A stretch of DNA of 64,000 nucleotides from Gemmatimonadota bacterium (GCA_034521595.1 JAXHMG010000003.1:1312001-1376000); one strand, 5' to 3'. Counted from the first letter of the stretch, positions 49,687-60,369 are shown. Notes: generated by a model from the sequence alone, not told the origin. Program-made: numbers and translations.

Positions 49687-50679
49687 TCAATAGGCCATCG
49701 CGTAGACGATGAGGTTGAGAAAGAGCCGCGATGCGAAGGTCGAATACTCGAGCGGGTAGCGCGGGGACTCGGCCCACTCCAACGCATCTCCGAGGTCGGT
49801 GTTCCAGTTGATCGCCACGATCAAGCGGCCGTTCTCGTCGAAGATCCCGCGCAGGTGAGCCTCGTGGCCGTCCTGCTCGGAGGTCGTAGCCCCGGGCACG
49901 CCCATGGCGACGGCACGGCCGCTTCCCACGTTGGGAACTTGCAGGATCTCCTCGTCGAGCTCGTAGTACGAGCGGAAGATCGCGTGATCCCTGGGCACAT
50001 CGACGATCGCGTGGTCGGGTAGCACCCGGCGCATCTGCTCGCGGAAGCTCCGCCACTCCCGACTCCCCCAGAAGTCGTCGAGCATGAGGAAGCCACCGGC
50101 GAGCAGATAGTCCCGGAGACCGGCGACTTCGGCTTCGGTCAGGTCCGCGTAGCCCCATTCGAGGCTATACAGGAACGGGTACTTGCGGAGATCGGGATCG
50201 GCCAGGGAGATGGGCATCTCCCACTCGCACGCGTCGAGGTTCGAGAGCCGGGTGGCGACCCGCGTCATGACCCGATCGGCGTTGGGATAGTCGATGGACC
50301 AGGCGGGGCCCCGGTCCCCGAGGTAGTCCCCGCCACGGCGACGGAAGCCGAATCCTCCGCCACGGGTGCCCGAGTACATGGCTCGCGCGAGGTAGAACTG
50401 ATGAGGTCGGCTGGCGTCGCCTCGAGACGCTTTCCGGTAGCCTTCCTCCGTCACCTCCATGTCGGAGAGCCGCTGTGGTCCCGGTCCGCACGTCCACGCG
50501 GGCGCGGTGGCCTGGTACGGCACGACGCTCGGCTCGGAGGGCGATCCCGAGCGTGCCGTGGCCGGCGCGGCTCCAACGCCGCTGAAACCCTCTGGGCTCA
50601 CCGAGTGGAGGGCGCCGGCCAGACCGCCGGAAAGAACCAGGACCCCGACCAGGGCGGACGCTCCCGCGACCGGTCTCAC
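49687..50679 (-). CDS. DUF4159 domain exported protein
   Basis: WSIDYPNAD, YPFLY, LRDYLLAGGFLMLDDFWG, NTDLGDALE, NLIVYAM. Confidence 0.88.
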   Translation of the reverse strand: MRPVAGASALVGVLVLSGGLAGALHSVSPEGFSGVGAAPATARSGSPSEPSVVPYQATAPAWTCGPGPQRLSDMEVTEEGYRKASRGDASRPHQFYLARAMYSGTRGGGFGFRRRGGDYLGDRGPAWSIDYPNADRVMTRVATRLSNLDACEWEMPISLADPDLRKYPFLYSLEWGYADLTEAEVAGLRDYLLAGGFLMLDDFWGSREWRSFREQMRRVLPDHAIVDVPRDHAIFRSYYELDEEILQVPNVGSGRAVAMGVPGATTSEQDGHEAHLRGIFDENGRLIVAINWNTDLGDALEWAESPRYPLEYSTFASRLFLNLIVYAMAY

Positions 50680-50904
50680 GCCCCGCTCTCCCGGCGGTTC
50701 TCTCCGCCCGGCCGGTGTACGGCGTCACCCATCCTGGACGTGGCGCCATGACGCATGGGGTCGGACTCCGTGGCTCGAGGGGTGTGCTTTCGTTGCCTAC
50801 CCCGCGCGGGTGCTGAGGGTCGCGGTCGCGCACGTCGGGGCACAATGCCAGTCCGATCGGGGTATTCTCGTCGCACGTCGCCCGCTATTTCACAGGCAGC
50901 CCAC

Positions 50905-51327
50905 ATGTCCGCATCCACCCGTTGGCGCCCGCGTCATCGCTCTCTCGCGTTGGTCGGAGCGTTCTCTCTCGGCGCCACCCTCGGCTGCGCGACGCTCGAG
51001 GTACCCAACTTTCGAGGGCAGGCGGCTACGGCCCAGCCCATCGTGCTGAACGTGAGTAACCAGAACTACGCCGACGTGACCGTCCATGTGTCGGAGGGAA
51101 GTGGATGGCAACGCGTGGGTAGCGTCACGGGTCAGGGCTCGGCACGGCTGGAGATGCCGGCTTCCATGTCGGCCGGAGCCGCGTCCTACCGGGTGCGAAT
51201 TCACGCGATCGGCTCTCGGGACCGGAACGACTACGTAAGCGAGCGCATCCCCGCGAATCGAGGCAACGTGATTCACGTCACCGTTGCTCCCGTGCTTCGC
51301 ATGTCGAGCTGGTCGATCCGGGACTGA
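50905..51327 (+). CDS. Small beta-sandwich lipoprotein, paralog 2
   Basis: Lipobox LGC; ends with YVSERIPANRGNVIHVTVAPVLRMSSWSIRD; alignable with 48499-48930. Confidence 0.8.
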   Translation: MSASTRWRPRHRSLALVGAFSLGATLGCATLEVPNFRGQAATAQPIVLNVSNQNYADVTVHVSEGSGWQRVGSVTGQGSARLEMPASMSAGAASYRVRIHAIGSRDRNDYVSERIPANRGNVIHVTVAPVLRMSSWSIRD

Positions 51328-51337
51328 ACAGGGCGGC

Positions 51338-52285
51338 GTGACGCGCTCCGTGTTGCCGCTCCTTCCGGTCCTGCTCGGACTGGCCGCGCTCTGGGTGGGT
51401 ACCGCCGTAGCGCTCCGGGGCGCCTCGAGGATGAGCGGGCGAGATACGGCGTGGGAGGTCGTCGTCGGGCTGACCGTGCTCGGCGTAGGCACGGCGCTCC
51501 CGGAGGTCGGCGTCACGGCCGCCGCGCTCGCTTCAGCGACGCCCATGGGTCCCCTCTCCGGGCTCATCATCGGCACGGTCCTGGGGAGCGTCCTGGCTCG
51601 GGCCACGCTCGTGCTCGGGCTCGCGCGGCTCACGGGCACGGCCGAGGCGAGAGCGGCGCCCCACGAGACGCGCGCGCCCGTGCTCGTGACCACCATCGCG
51701 GCGGTATGGGTCCTGAGCAGTGACGGCTCGCTGGGCCGTCTGGACGGGGCGCTCCTCCTCGCGGCCTGGGCAGCTCTTCAGACCATGCGTACCCGCGGAG
51801 GGGTGAACCGCGTCCGCGGCACGGCGTCCGGCACACCTCTCCTCCCGGACGCCTTCCTCGTGGCGCTGGGCGGCGTGATCTTGGCCGGAGCCGCCTGGTG
51901 GATCGTCCCGGACGTCCTCGCGTTGGCCGACGTGTGGGCGGTGAGCCCGTTGGTGATCGGCCTGCTCCTGCTGGGCACGGGCACGAGCCTGCCGGAGTTG
52001 ATCTTCGCCTTGAGTGCCGCCACTCGGGGTCGTGTCGCACTCTCCCCGGCGTCGGTGTTGGCGACCGGAACCGTCGGGCTGTTGCTCCCGCTCGGATTGG
52101 CCGGACTCGTCTCGCCACTGCACGTCGAGGTCCTCACGCTACGCGTGGATCTTCCGGCTCTCGCCATCCCCGCCGTGGTCCTGTGGGGCTGGGAGCGACG
52201 GGCCACGACGCTCACGAGCCGTCGGGCGCTCCTGCTCGTGCTCTATTTCCTCGCCTTCGCGCTCCTCCGGATGCTCCTCGGCTGA
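51338..52285 (+). CDS. Sodium/calcium exchanger (YrbG-like), divergent
   Basis: Two alpha-repeats, GTALPE and GTSLPE, and about 10 hydrophobic segments. Confidence 0.8.
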   Translation: MTRSVLPLLPVLLGLAALWVGTAVALRGASRMSGRDTAWEVVVGLTVLGVGTALPEVGVTAAALASATPMGPLSGLIIGTVLGSVLARATLVLGLARLTGTAEARAAPHETRAPVLVTTIAAVWVLSSDGSLGRLDGALLLAAWAALQTMRTRGGVNRVRGTASGTPLLPDAFLVALGGVILAGAAWWIVPDVLALADVWAVSPLVIGLLLLGTGTSLPELIFALSAATRGRVALSPASVLATGTVGLLLPLGLAGLVSPLHVEVLTLRVDLPALAIPAVVLWGWERRATTLTSRRALLLVLYFLAFALLRMLLG

Positions 52286-52294
52286 CCGGAAGGG

Positions 52295-52624
52295 TCATCC
52301 ACCCTCGTCGACATCCGGCTCCGCGAGGCGCCGCAAGTATTCGAACGGGTAGATCCCGGTGCTGTGCCCGTCGCTCCAGTGAAACTGGAGTGCGTACCGG
52401 CCCACGTAGTGGATCTCGGTCGGATAAACTCCGGGATCGATCATGTCGGGCACCAGCATGCGCTCACCGGTCATCTCGTCGACGCATCCGGCACAGGGGC
52501 ACTTGAGCCGCAGATCTCTGGGCGCGTATTCGGTGACCGCTCCATCCTGCCAGACGATCCGGAGGTGGGTACCGTCCTCCGTGGGACCGACCTCATCGGC
52601 GAGAAAGCGAGCGTCCGCGCTCAC
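52295..52624 (-). CDS. DUF971 / GBBH-like N-terminal domain protein
   Basis: LRLKCPCAGC...VGRYALQFHWSDGHSTGIYPFEYL. Confidence 0.92.
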   Translation of the reverse strand: MSADARFLADEVGPTEDGTHLRIVWQDGAVTEYAPRDLRLKCPCAGCVDEMTGERMLVPDMIDPGVYPTEIHYVGRYALQFHWSDGHSTGIYPFEYLRRLAEPDVDEGG

Positions 52625-53256
52625 GAGAGGTCTCTCCGCTCGGACTGCAGGCCGCGCGCGAGCTCGCGGAACGCCGCCCCACGGTGGCTGCGCGCATCCT
52701 TCTCCTCGGGGCTGAGCTCGGCGTAGGTGCGATCGAGCTCGGGGACCAGCACATGCGGATCGTATCCGAACCCGCCGCTGCCGCGTGGCTGGTCCACGAT
52801 CCGTCCCTCCGCCTCCCCTCGCGTCACGAGCTCGTGGCCGGAGCCGTCCACGAGCACCGCCACGCAGACGTAACGCGCCGTGCGCCGTTCCGGAGCGACT
52901 CCTTCCAGACGTGCGACGAGGTGTCGGTTGTTGGCTTCGTCCTGTCCCAATGCTCCGGCTTCGGCGGCCGGCGCGAAACGCTTGCTCCGAACACCCGGCG
53001 CCCCGTCGAGGGCATCGACCACGATCCCGGAGTCGTCCGCCACCGTGGGAAGCCCCGCCTTCGCGGCGAAGTACCGCGCTTTGGACCGAGCGTTTTCCTC
53101 GAACGTATCGTAGGGCTCGAGGTCCTCCTCCTCGGGGGACGGCTCGATTCCGGCTTCGTCGAGCGAGAGGACGCTCAAGCCGCCGACGGATCCCAGGATC
53201 CGCCGGATCTCGCGCATCTTCCCAGTGCTGCGTGTCGCGACCAGGAGCTTTTCCAC
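52621..53256 (-). CDS. rdgB: Non-canonical purine NTP pyrophosphatase (RdgB/HAM1)
   Basis: LVATRSTGKMRE, TFEENARSKA, ADDSG, GAPGVRSKR, GFGYDP, SHRG. AAGGAGG precedes GTG 53256 (alternative ATG 53286). Confidence 0.95.
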   Translation of the reverse strand: MEKLLVATRSTGKMREIRRILGSVGGLSVLSLDEAGIEPSPEEEDLEPYDTFEENARSKARYFAAKAGLPTVADDSGIVVDALDGAPGVRSKRFAPAAEAGALGQDEANNRHLVARLEGVAPERRTARYVCVAVLVDGSGHELVTRGEAEGRIVDQPRGSGGFGYDPHVLVPELDRTYAELSPEEKDARSHRGAAFRELARGLQSERRDLS

Positions 53257-53282
53257 GGGCGCCTCCTTCGGCTGCGCGAACG

Positions 53283-54005
53283 TCATGCGGTGCGGAGCGC
53301 GTCGGCCTGAGCCCCGAGCAGCACCCGGATCCCGGACGTCGCGAGATCGATCAGCGCATCGAGCTCCTCGCGGCGAAACGGGTCCCCCTCGGCGGTGCCT
53401 TGCACCTCGACGAGGCCGCCGGACTCCGTGCCGACGACATTCATGTCCACCTGAGCACGCACATCCTGCCGGTAGTCGAGGTCGAGACAGGGCGTGCCGT
53501 CCACGATGCCGACGCTCACGGCGGCGACCCGCTCCCGGACGGGATTCCGGTCGACCAGGCCCTCCGCGACCATCCACCGTCCGGCCAATGCGAGCGCCAC
53601 GCAGGCACCGGTCACCGACGCGGTCCGGGTGCCGCCGTCCGCCTGGAGCACGTCGCAGTCCACGGTCACCGTATACGGCCCCATCGCCTCCATGTCGGTG
53701 CCCGACCTTAGCGAGCGCCCGATGAGCCGCTGGATCTCCTGGGTCCGTCCGCGCGGACCGCTCCGCTCCCGCCCCGTGCGCGTATGCGTGGCGCGGGGAA
53801 GCATGGCGTACTCGGCCGTCACCCACCCCGCCCCGCTCGCTTCCCGCCACGCGGGCACTCCGGCAACCACCGAAGCGGTGCAAAGCACGCGGGTGTCTCC
53901 GGTGGCGATGACGCACGAGCCTTCCGCGTAGGGCGCCCCACCGACCTCGATGGAAACGGGACGCGGCTCGTCCGCTCGTCGTTCGTCACGACCATCACGC
54001 ATCAT
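53283..54005 (-). CDS. rph: Ribonuclease PH
   Basis: [52 protein letters not shown]. Confidence 0.97.
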   Translation of the reverse strand: MMRDGRDERRADEPRPVSIEVGGAPYAEGSCVIATGDTRVLCTASVVAGVPAWREASGAGWVTAEYAMLPRATHTRTGRERSGPRGRTQEIQRLIGRSLRSGTDMEAMGPYTVTVDCDVLQADGGTRTASVTGACVALALAGRWMVAEGLVDRNPVRERVAAVSVGIVDGTPCLDLDYRQDVRAQVDMNVVGTESGGLVEVQGTAEGDPFRREELDALIDLATSGIRVLLGAQADALRTA

Positions 54006-54483
54006 GTTCCTCTCGAATTCGCCTGAGCAAGTCAGTAGTGGAGTATCCCTCCACGAACGGAATCAGCTCCACTCGGCCCCCGGCCGCTTCCACGGTTTCG
54101 CGCCCGACCACCTGCTCCGGCGCATAGTCGCCGCCCTTCACCAAGACGTCGGGCAGAAGCGCCTCGATGAGCGCCGCGGGTGTATCCTCGTCGAACAGGC
54201 ACACCGCGTCCACCGATTCGAGCGCGGCCACGACCAACGCCCGAGCCTTCTCGTCCACGACCGGCCGCCCCGACGCCTTCTCGAGCCGCCGGACGGACGC
54301 GTCCGTGTTCACGCCGACCACGAGCGCGTCGCCGAGGGCTCGAGCCCGGGCCAAGTAGGTCACGTGCCCCGGGTGCAAAATGTCGAAGCAGCCGTTCGTG
54401 AACACGACCCGCCTGTCACGCGGACGACCGTGCCGGACGACGAGCTCGCCGCGGGTCAGCACCTTCTTCTCGGGTTCTCTCAC
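53995..54483 (-). CDS. rfaE2: D-glycero-beta-D-manno-heptose 1-phosphate adenylyltransferase (RfaE domain II)
   Basis: [41 protein letters not shown]. Confidence 0.95.
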   Translation of the reverse strand: MREPEKKVLTRGELVVRHGRPRDRRVVFTNGCFDILHPGHVTYLARARALGDALVVGVNTDASVRRLEKASGRPVVDEKARALVVAALESVDAVCLFDEDTPAALIEALLPDVLVKGGDYAPEQVVGRETVEAAGGRVELIPFVEGYSTTDLLRRIREEHDA

Positions 54484-55313
54484 GTTCGTGCCACCGTGGA
54501 AAGGAGCTCGGCGGCCCCCCGGGCCAGAAGCTGCTCACCAGCGAGCCGGCCCGCAGCCTCGGCTTCGGTGAGCCATCCCGAGACCTCGGCCCGCACCAGA
54601 CGGCGCCCCTCGGCGGCGGGCACCAACGCCCGCACCCGCAAGAGCGGACCGTGGGGGCGTGCCAGAACACCCACCGGCGCGCCGGCATCGACGCCCAGCA
54701 CGCGAAGCACCGCGAGCTCGGCGGAAAGCGCGGCGCGAACGGCTTCGTCGTCCAACGGTGCGACCCGCGCCCGGAGCGGGGCCGGAGCACGCTCGATGTG
54801 CAGCACCAGGGTGCTCCGGCCGACCGCGGTGGCCCAGGACGTCGGCTCGAGGATCTCGGCGGTCTGGCGGGTCAGGCCCACCGCGCGCACTTCGGACACC
54901 GGCGCGATCCATGCGTGAATCGGCCCGTCTCGTAACGCATCCACGACCGAGCCTCCCTCCCCCGGCGCTACTGCGCGCAAATCCGGACGGTGAACCCCGA
55001 GCATCTCCCTGCGCAGCGGTCCGGCCAGCGCGACCTCCACGCCTTCGGGGAGCTCATCCAGCATCGCCGAACGCCCTTCGCGACCCACGAGCGCATCGCG
55101 TGGCTCGGGCCGGGCCAAAAGCACGGCTCGCTCCGGAGGGGGAGGCTCATCGAACCCTTCCCCACTCTCCAAGCTCAGCTCGGCCACTTCGTCCGGCGGG
55201 ACGCGCTCGACGGGGAAGTCGCGCCCGGCGAGCCAAGCGACGACACGATCGGCTTCCGGGCGGAGCGAGGCGGGAGCCGCCAACCGGGCCCTCACCGAGC
55301 CCGATCCCGGCAA
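54480..55313 (-). CDS. Degenerate HemC (porphobilinogen deaminase)-like protein
   Basis: [40 protein letters not shown]...PVG and a HemC-like C-terminus. Catalytic motifs are missing and the start is uncertain. Confidence 0.7.
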   Translation of the reverse strand: MPGSGSVRARLAAPASLRPEADRVVAWLAGRDFPVERVPPDEVAELSLESGEGFDEPPPPERAVLLARPEPRDALVGREGRSAMLDELPEGVEVALAGPLRREMLGVHRPDLRAVAPGEGGSVVDALRDGPIHAWIAPVSEVRAVGLTRQTAEILEPTSWATAVGRSTLVLHIERAPAPLRARVAPLDDEAVRAALSAELAVLRVLGVDAGAPVGVLARPHGPLLRVRALVPAAEGRRLVRAEVSGWLTEAEAAGRLAGEQLLARGAAELLSTVART

Positions 55314-55332
55314 CCGTGGAGGCGCCTCGTCC

Positions 55333-57012
55333 TCACAGATACACGACCAGACTCGCCAGCAGAAGAATGGCTACCCATAGCACCATGCTGCCGGTCGGCC
55401 AGGAACGCGCAAGGGGACCGAGCGGGCCGTGGATCCGGGAAAGCCGCGCGATGACACTCCGGACCTGCTGCACGACCGCTCCCGTGAAACGGTTGCGCGC
55501 CGTGCCGACCAGCAACGCGAGCTCACGTGCGGCGGCCGTTCCGAAGCGGCGGTAAAACCAATCCCAATCCAAAGAGATCGTGGGCCGCCACTTCATCGCC
55601 GGAAGCAGAAGGAAGAATGCCAGCGCACCCAGGAACAGCAACTGTAGCTGTCCCAAGACGTGGCTGGCCGAGTAGGGATGGTAGTCCACCGGATACGGTA
55701 GGATGCCGTAGAGCAGCCCCGGCACCACCCCGATACCCACGCAGAGGACCGAGAAGATCCACATGGGCCACAGCATCGTTCGAGGAGGCTCGGAAGGCCT
55801 GAGCCCCGAATCCTTCTGGAAGAACGTGACCCACGGGAACTTCAGCCCGACATAGAGTGGCGCCGCCGCCGAAGCCGCGGCCAGAACGAACCAGGCGACG
55901 GCCAGGTGAGCATCGGCGGTCGCGTCCTTGATCATCAGCTTCGAGATGAACCCCGAGGTGAACGGAAACGCCGAGATCGAGAGCGCACCGATGATGCCCG
56001 CGATCGCTGTCTGCGGCATGGTGCGGAACAGTCCCCCGAGCTCCGTGGCTTTCCGCTTGCCGGTCATGTAGAGCACGCTCCCGGCGGACATGAGCAACAG
56101 GGCCTTGTAGACGATGTGTCCGAACGCGTGGGCGACCGCCCCGTTCAACGCCAGCTCCGAGCCGACCCCGATCGCCGTGACCATGAACCCGACCTGGTTC
56201 ACGATCGAGTACGCGAGAATCCGCCGTACATCGTTTTCGAGCACGGCGTACACGATGCCGTAGAGGGCCATGTAGAGGCCGATCCAGATGAGGATCTGCG
56301 TGCCCGGGAATCCCATCAGGAGCGCGAACACCGCCGTCTTGGTGGTGAACGCCGACAGGAACACCATGCCGCTCGGACTCGCCTCCGGGTATGCGTCCGC
56401 GATCCAGGCCGAAAGGGGCGGAGCCCCCGCGTTGACGAGGAAGCCGACGAGGATCATCGCGGTGGCGAGATTGTCGGGGCGCATGGGCTCGAAGGCGACC
56501 GACCCGGTCGCCCCGATGTGCGCGACCACTCCGAACATGAGCACGACGCCGCCGAACAGGTGGACGAGCAAATACCGCATGCTCGCCGCGTACGCCCCCG
56601 GCTGATCCGAGGCCCAGAGCACGACCGTCGAACCGACCGCCATCAGCTCCCAGAACACCAGCATCGTCACCAGGTCGCCCGCGAGGGTGACCCCCACGGC
56701 GCTCCCCGCGTAGGCGAACGCGGCGGCGAGCTCGAGCGCACGGGCCTGGCCCATCGCGTAGATGCCGCCCACGAACGCGGTGATGGCGAAGACGGTGGCG
56801 AAGACCCGTCCGGTACGGGTCCAGTGGACCGGCAGGAGCTCGTAGTCGAGGAACGGCATGGCGACCGAGTGGCCTTCCGGGATCATCCAGACCGCCGCCA
56901 ACGTGAGTAGCGGAAGAGCCATGACGACCGCGTTGCGCGCGGTCCCGCGAACGGCGGGAATCAGCAACGCACCGGCGATGAGGATGAGTCCGGGCGGGAA
57001 CGACACGGTCAT
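55333..57012 (-). CDS. mrpD: Mrp Na+/H+ antiporter subunit D-like (third copy)
   Basis: FWELMA, PLSAWIADAYPEA, SAFTTK, LAYSIVNQVG, YKALL, SGFISK. Confidence 0.9.
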   Translation of the reverse strand: MTVSFPPGLILIAGALLIPAVRGTARNAVVMALPLLTLAAVWMIPEGHSVAMPFLDYELLPVHWTRTGRVFATVFAITAFVGGIYAMGQARALELAAAFAYAGSAVGVTLAGDLVTMLVFWELMAVGSTVVLWASDQPGAYAASMRYLLVHLFGGVVLMFGVVAHIGATGSVAFEPMRPDNLATAMILVGFLVNAGAPPLSAWIADAYPEASPSGMVFLSAFTTKTAVFALLMGFPGTQILIWIGLYMALYGIVYAVLENDVRRILAYSIVNQVGFMVTAIGVGSELALNGAVAHAFGHIVYKALLLMSAGSVLYMTGKRKATELGGLFRTMPQTAIAGIIGALSISAFPFTSGFISKLMIKDATADAHLAVAWFVLAAASAAAPLYVGLKFPWVTFFQKDSGLRPSEPPRTMLWPMWIFSVLCVGIGVVPGLLYGILPYPVDYHPYSASHVLGQLQLLFLGALAFFLLLPAMKWRPTISLDWDWFYRRFGTAAARELALLVGTARNRFTGAVVQQVRSVIARLSRIHGPLGPLARSWPTGSMVLWVAILLLASLVVYL

Positions 57013-57380
57013 CGCTCACCTCCCCCGACGCCCGCATCCGACGCACCGCTCGTGTCCGGGGCCCCCGCCGTCCCGCTGCTTCCGGAGCCCGCATAGTACG
57101 TTTCCGGCCGCTGCAGCACTCCGCCCACTACCTTCGCCAGCCCGAACAGAAGCACGGTCGACCCCAAGCCGAACCAGACGTAGAAGCCGAACGTTCCGCC
57201 GACCACGAAGTGCCGGTAGTGCTCCACGACGAGATCCGCGGCGGCCACCAGCACCGTCAGCACGATGAAGACGATCCACAGCGTGCGGCTCGTGGAGGGC
57301 TTCACGAGCCAATGCTCGGGCTCGTCGGGGGCCTTCTTCGGCGGGTGTCCGGGCTCAGTCATGCGCCGTGCATCGCTCAT
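57009..57380 (-). CDS. Small 2-TM protein inside the mrp operon
   Basis: HWLVKP..SRTLWIVF...FGFYVWFG...RPETYY; overlaps both neighbours. Confidence 0.8.
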   Translation of the reverse strand: MSDARRMTEPGHPPKKAPDEPEHWLVKPSTSRTLWIVFIVLTVLVAAADLVVEHYRHFVVGGTFGFYVWFGLGSTVLLFGLAKVVGGVLQRPETYYAGSGSSGTAGAPDTSGASDAGVGGGER

Positions 57381-58891
57381 GGAGCACCTCCGACGAGGGC
57401 TTGGGCCAGCGCAAGGGGCACTCCGGGGAACAGGAACAGAAGTACGGTGAGCGCCGCGGTCGCCGTCAGCGCGATCACGATGGGCAGCGGCGCTTCACCG
57501 TGGTCGTGGTCCACGTGGTGGTCGTCGCCACCTCCGACGTACGCCGGCTCCGCGGCTTCTTCCCGTTGGAAGAACGCCATGTAGATGATGGGCACGAAGT
57601 AAGCGCCGTTGAGCAAGGTCGACGCGACCAGGATCCCCACCGCGACCATATGCTCCGCCTGGAAGGCTCCGAGCATCATGTACCACTTGCTGATGAAGCC
57701 ACCCGCGGGCGGGAGGCCGATCATCGACAACGCCCCGATCGTGAAGGCGCCCATGGTCCACGGCATCCGGCGGCCGACCCCCCGAAGCTGCCGGATGTCG
57801 TCCTTGTGTGCCGCCGTGTGGATCGAGCCCGCCGCGAAGAACAACGTGATCTTTCCGAATGCGTGCGCGACGATATGGAGCGCAGCCCCGGCCGCCGCCA
57901 TGGGTGCGAAGAGTGCGGCGGCGAGCACGACGTAGCTGAGCTGGCTCACGGTCGAATAGGCGAGCATGCGCTTCAGATTGCCCTGCTGCATGAGGATCCG
58001 GAGCGCGACGATCGAAGCCGCGAGCACGGTGAAGCCCGACGCGTATACCAGCCAGCCGGTCCCGCCCTGGCCCGCGAGAAAGTCGATACCGAAGACGTAC
58101 ACGACGATCTTGACGACGCTGAAGACCCCGGCCTTCACGACCGCCACGGCGTGCAGGAGCGCGGACACGGGCGTCGGAGCGACCATCGCGGCGGGGAGCC
58201 ATCGGTGGACCGGCATGATGGCGGCCTTCCCGATGCCGAACATGAAGAGCGCCAGGAGCAACCCGACGAGCGGCCCTTCGACGTGCCCTTCGAGAATCCC
58301 GCCCTGCTCGAAGTCGACCGAGCCGGTGAGGGCGTGGGTCAAGAGGATCCCGAGCAAGAAGAGACCGATCGACGTCGAGATGAGGATCCCGAGGTAGACA
58401 CGCCCCGCCTTCATCGAGCTCTCGGTGCCCTTGTGCGTCACGAGAGGATAGGTCGAGAGCGTGAGCATCTCGTAGAAGACGAACAGCGTCACGAGGTTGC
58501 CCGCGAAGGCGACGCCCATCGCGCTGCCGATGGCTACCGCGAAGCACACGTAGAACCGCGTCTGCTTCTTCTCGTGGTTGCCCCGCATGTACCCGATCGA
58601 ATAGAGCGAGTTGATCGGCCACAGGAGGGCGGCGACCCCCGCGAAGATCATCCCTAGCGGCTCGACTTCGAGCATGAGCGAGATGCCCGGCACCATCTCG
58701 ATCAGGGTCACCTGCGGCCGCCCGCCTCCGAGGAGCTCGGGCACGAGCGAGCCGACGATGAGCAGGAGCACGCCCGACGTGACGAGGGTCACCGTTTCAC
58801 GGAGGTTCGGGTAGTCCCCGGTGAATGCGATGCCGAAGGCCCCGAGCATCGGAACCGCCAGCGCGAGAAGCATCAGGATCTCCGCGCTCAC
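57377..58891 (-). CDS. mrpD: Mrp antiporter subunit D-like (second copy)
   Basis: FYEMLT, KAAIMPVHRWLPAAMVAPTPVSALLHAVAVVKAG, LAYSTVSQLSY. Confidence 0.93.
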   Translation of the reverse strand: MSAEILMLLALAVPMLGAFGIAFTGDYPNLRETVTLVTSGVLLLIVGSLVPELLGGGRPQVTLIEMVPGISLMLEVEPLGMIFAGVAALLWPINSLYSIGYMRGNHEKKQTRFYVCFAVAIGSAMGVAFAGNLVTLFVFYEMLTLSTYPLVTHKGTESSMKAGRVYLGILISTSIGLFLLGILLTHALTGSVDFEQGGILEGHVEGPLVGLLLALFMFGIGKAAIMPVHRWLPAAMVAPTPVSALLHAVAVVKAGVFSVVKIVVYVFGIDFLAGQGGTGWLVYASGFTVLAASIVALRILMQQGNLKRMLAYSTVSQLSYVVLAAALFAPMAAAGAALHIVAHAFGKITLFFAAGSIHTAAHKDDIRQLRGVGRRMPWTMGAFTIGALSMIGLPPAGGFISKWYMMLGAFQAEHMVAVGILVASTLLNGAYFVPIIYMAFFQREEAAEPAYVGGGDDHHVDHDHGEAPLPIVIALTATAALTVLLFLFPGVPLALAQALVGGAP

Positions 58892-60369
58892 GGAGTGCCT
58901 CCCCCGAGCAGCATGCGCGCCGCCTGTCCGGCGATCCCGGTCGTGAACGTCGCGTCGATGCCGAAGTAGAAGTTGGCCAGAACCAGCCCCCAGGTCGAAA
59001 GCAGAAGGCCTAGCGGCGCTTCCTGCACGGGCTCATCGTCGCCCGCGAACGTCTTGAAGTAAGCCGCCTCGACGACGCGCCAGATGTAGACCACGGCGAG
59101 CAGCGACGTGATGAGCACCAGCACCGCCACCGGCCACCAGCCGAGCTCCAGCGCGCCCGAGATCAGGTACCACTTGCTGATGAATCCGACCGTGAGCGGT
59201 ACGCCGATGAGGCTGAGGCCGGCGAGCACGAACGAGGCCATGGTCCACGGCATCTTCCGTCCGAGACCGCGCATCGCCTCGATGTGCACGGAGCCGATCC
59301 GGTAGAACACGCCGCCGAGCGCCATGAACAGCGCACCCTTGATGAGCGCGTGGTTGAACAGATGCACGATCGCCGCCGTCAGCCCGGTCACGGACGCCAT
59401 GCTCACACCCAGGATGATGTAGCCGATCTGCGCGACGGAGGAGTACGCGAGCATCCGCTTCACGTTCATCTGGAAGATGGCGACCAACGACATGCTGAAG
59501 ATCGCGACCAGCGCGAGCGGCAAGAACACCAGATCGACCTGCATCTGGTCGAACGCGAACGCCGCTCCGAAAACGGTGAAGAAGAACCGGAGCATCATGT
59601 AGACGGCGACCTTCGTGGCGGTCGACGCGAGCAGGGCCGTCACGGCCGAGGGCGCGAACGCATACGCGTTGGGCAGCCACAAGTGCAACGGAAAGAGCGC
59701 CAGCTTCAGGCTGAATCCGACCGCCAAGAAGGCGAACGCGACGGGAATCGTGCGCTGGTCCATCACCGGCGGGAGGCGCTCGGCCAGATCCGCCATGTTC
59801 AGCGTGCCCGTCATGGCGTACATCATCCCGATGCCGATGACGATGAACGTCGCGCCCACCGATCCCATGATGAGGTACTGGTAAGCCGAGACGAGCGCGC
59901 GGCGGTCCTGGCCCATGGCGATCAACGCGTAGGCTGACAGCGACGAGATCTCCAGGAAGACGAAGACGTTGAAGACGTCGCCGGTCACCGTGATCCCGAG
60001 CAAGCCGGTCATGCTCAGGATCCAGGCCGCGTAGAAAAGCGGGAGCCGTTCTTTCTCCACCTCGCGGGCCACGCTTCGGCGCGCGTAGATCGTCGTCACG
60101 GACCCGATCGCCGCGACGATCAAAGCGACGAAGGCGTTCACCGCGTCGATGCGGTACTCGATGCCGTACGGCGCGGCCCACCCGCCCAACTCGTAGCTGA
60201 GGACCTGTCCCTCGCCGACCTGCGACACGAGCCCGATCGCCGCGAAGAGCGCCCAGAACGCCGACGCCAGCGCAAGGCCCCATGCGATTCCGCCGTGATT
60301 CAGCAGGGCTGCGATGGGAGCCGCGATCAGGGGGATCGCGACCAGGAGAACCGGAAGATGTTCGATCAC
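58888..60369 (-). CDS. mrpD: Mrp antiporter subunit D
   Basis: GDVFNVFVFLEI, KLALFPLHLWLPNAY, KRMLAYSSVAQIGY. Confidence 0.94.
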   Translation of the reverse strand: MIEHLPVLLVAIPLIAAPIAALLNHGGIAWGLALASAFWALFAAIGLVSQVGEGQVLSYELGGWAAPYGIEYRIDAVNAFVALIVAAIGSVTTIYARRSVAREVEKERLPLFYAAWILSMTGLLGITVTGDVFNVFVFLEISSLSAYALIAMGQDRRALVSAYQYLIMGSVGATFIVIGIGMMYAMTGTLNMADLAERLPPVMDQRTIPVAFAFLAVGFSLKLALFPLHLWLPNAYAFAPSAVTALLASTATKVAVYMMLRFFFTVFGAAFAFDQMQVDLVFLPLALVAIFSMSLVAIFQMNVKRMLAYSSVAQIGYIILGVSMASVTGLTAAIVHLFNHALIKGALFMALGGVFYRIGSVHIEAMRGLGRKMPWTMASFVLAGLSLIGVPLTVGFISKWYLISGALELGWWPVAVLVLITSLLAVVYIWRVVEAAYFKTFAGDDEPVQEAPLGLLLSTWGLVLANFYFGIDATFTTGIAGQAARMLLGGGTP

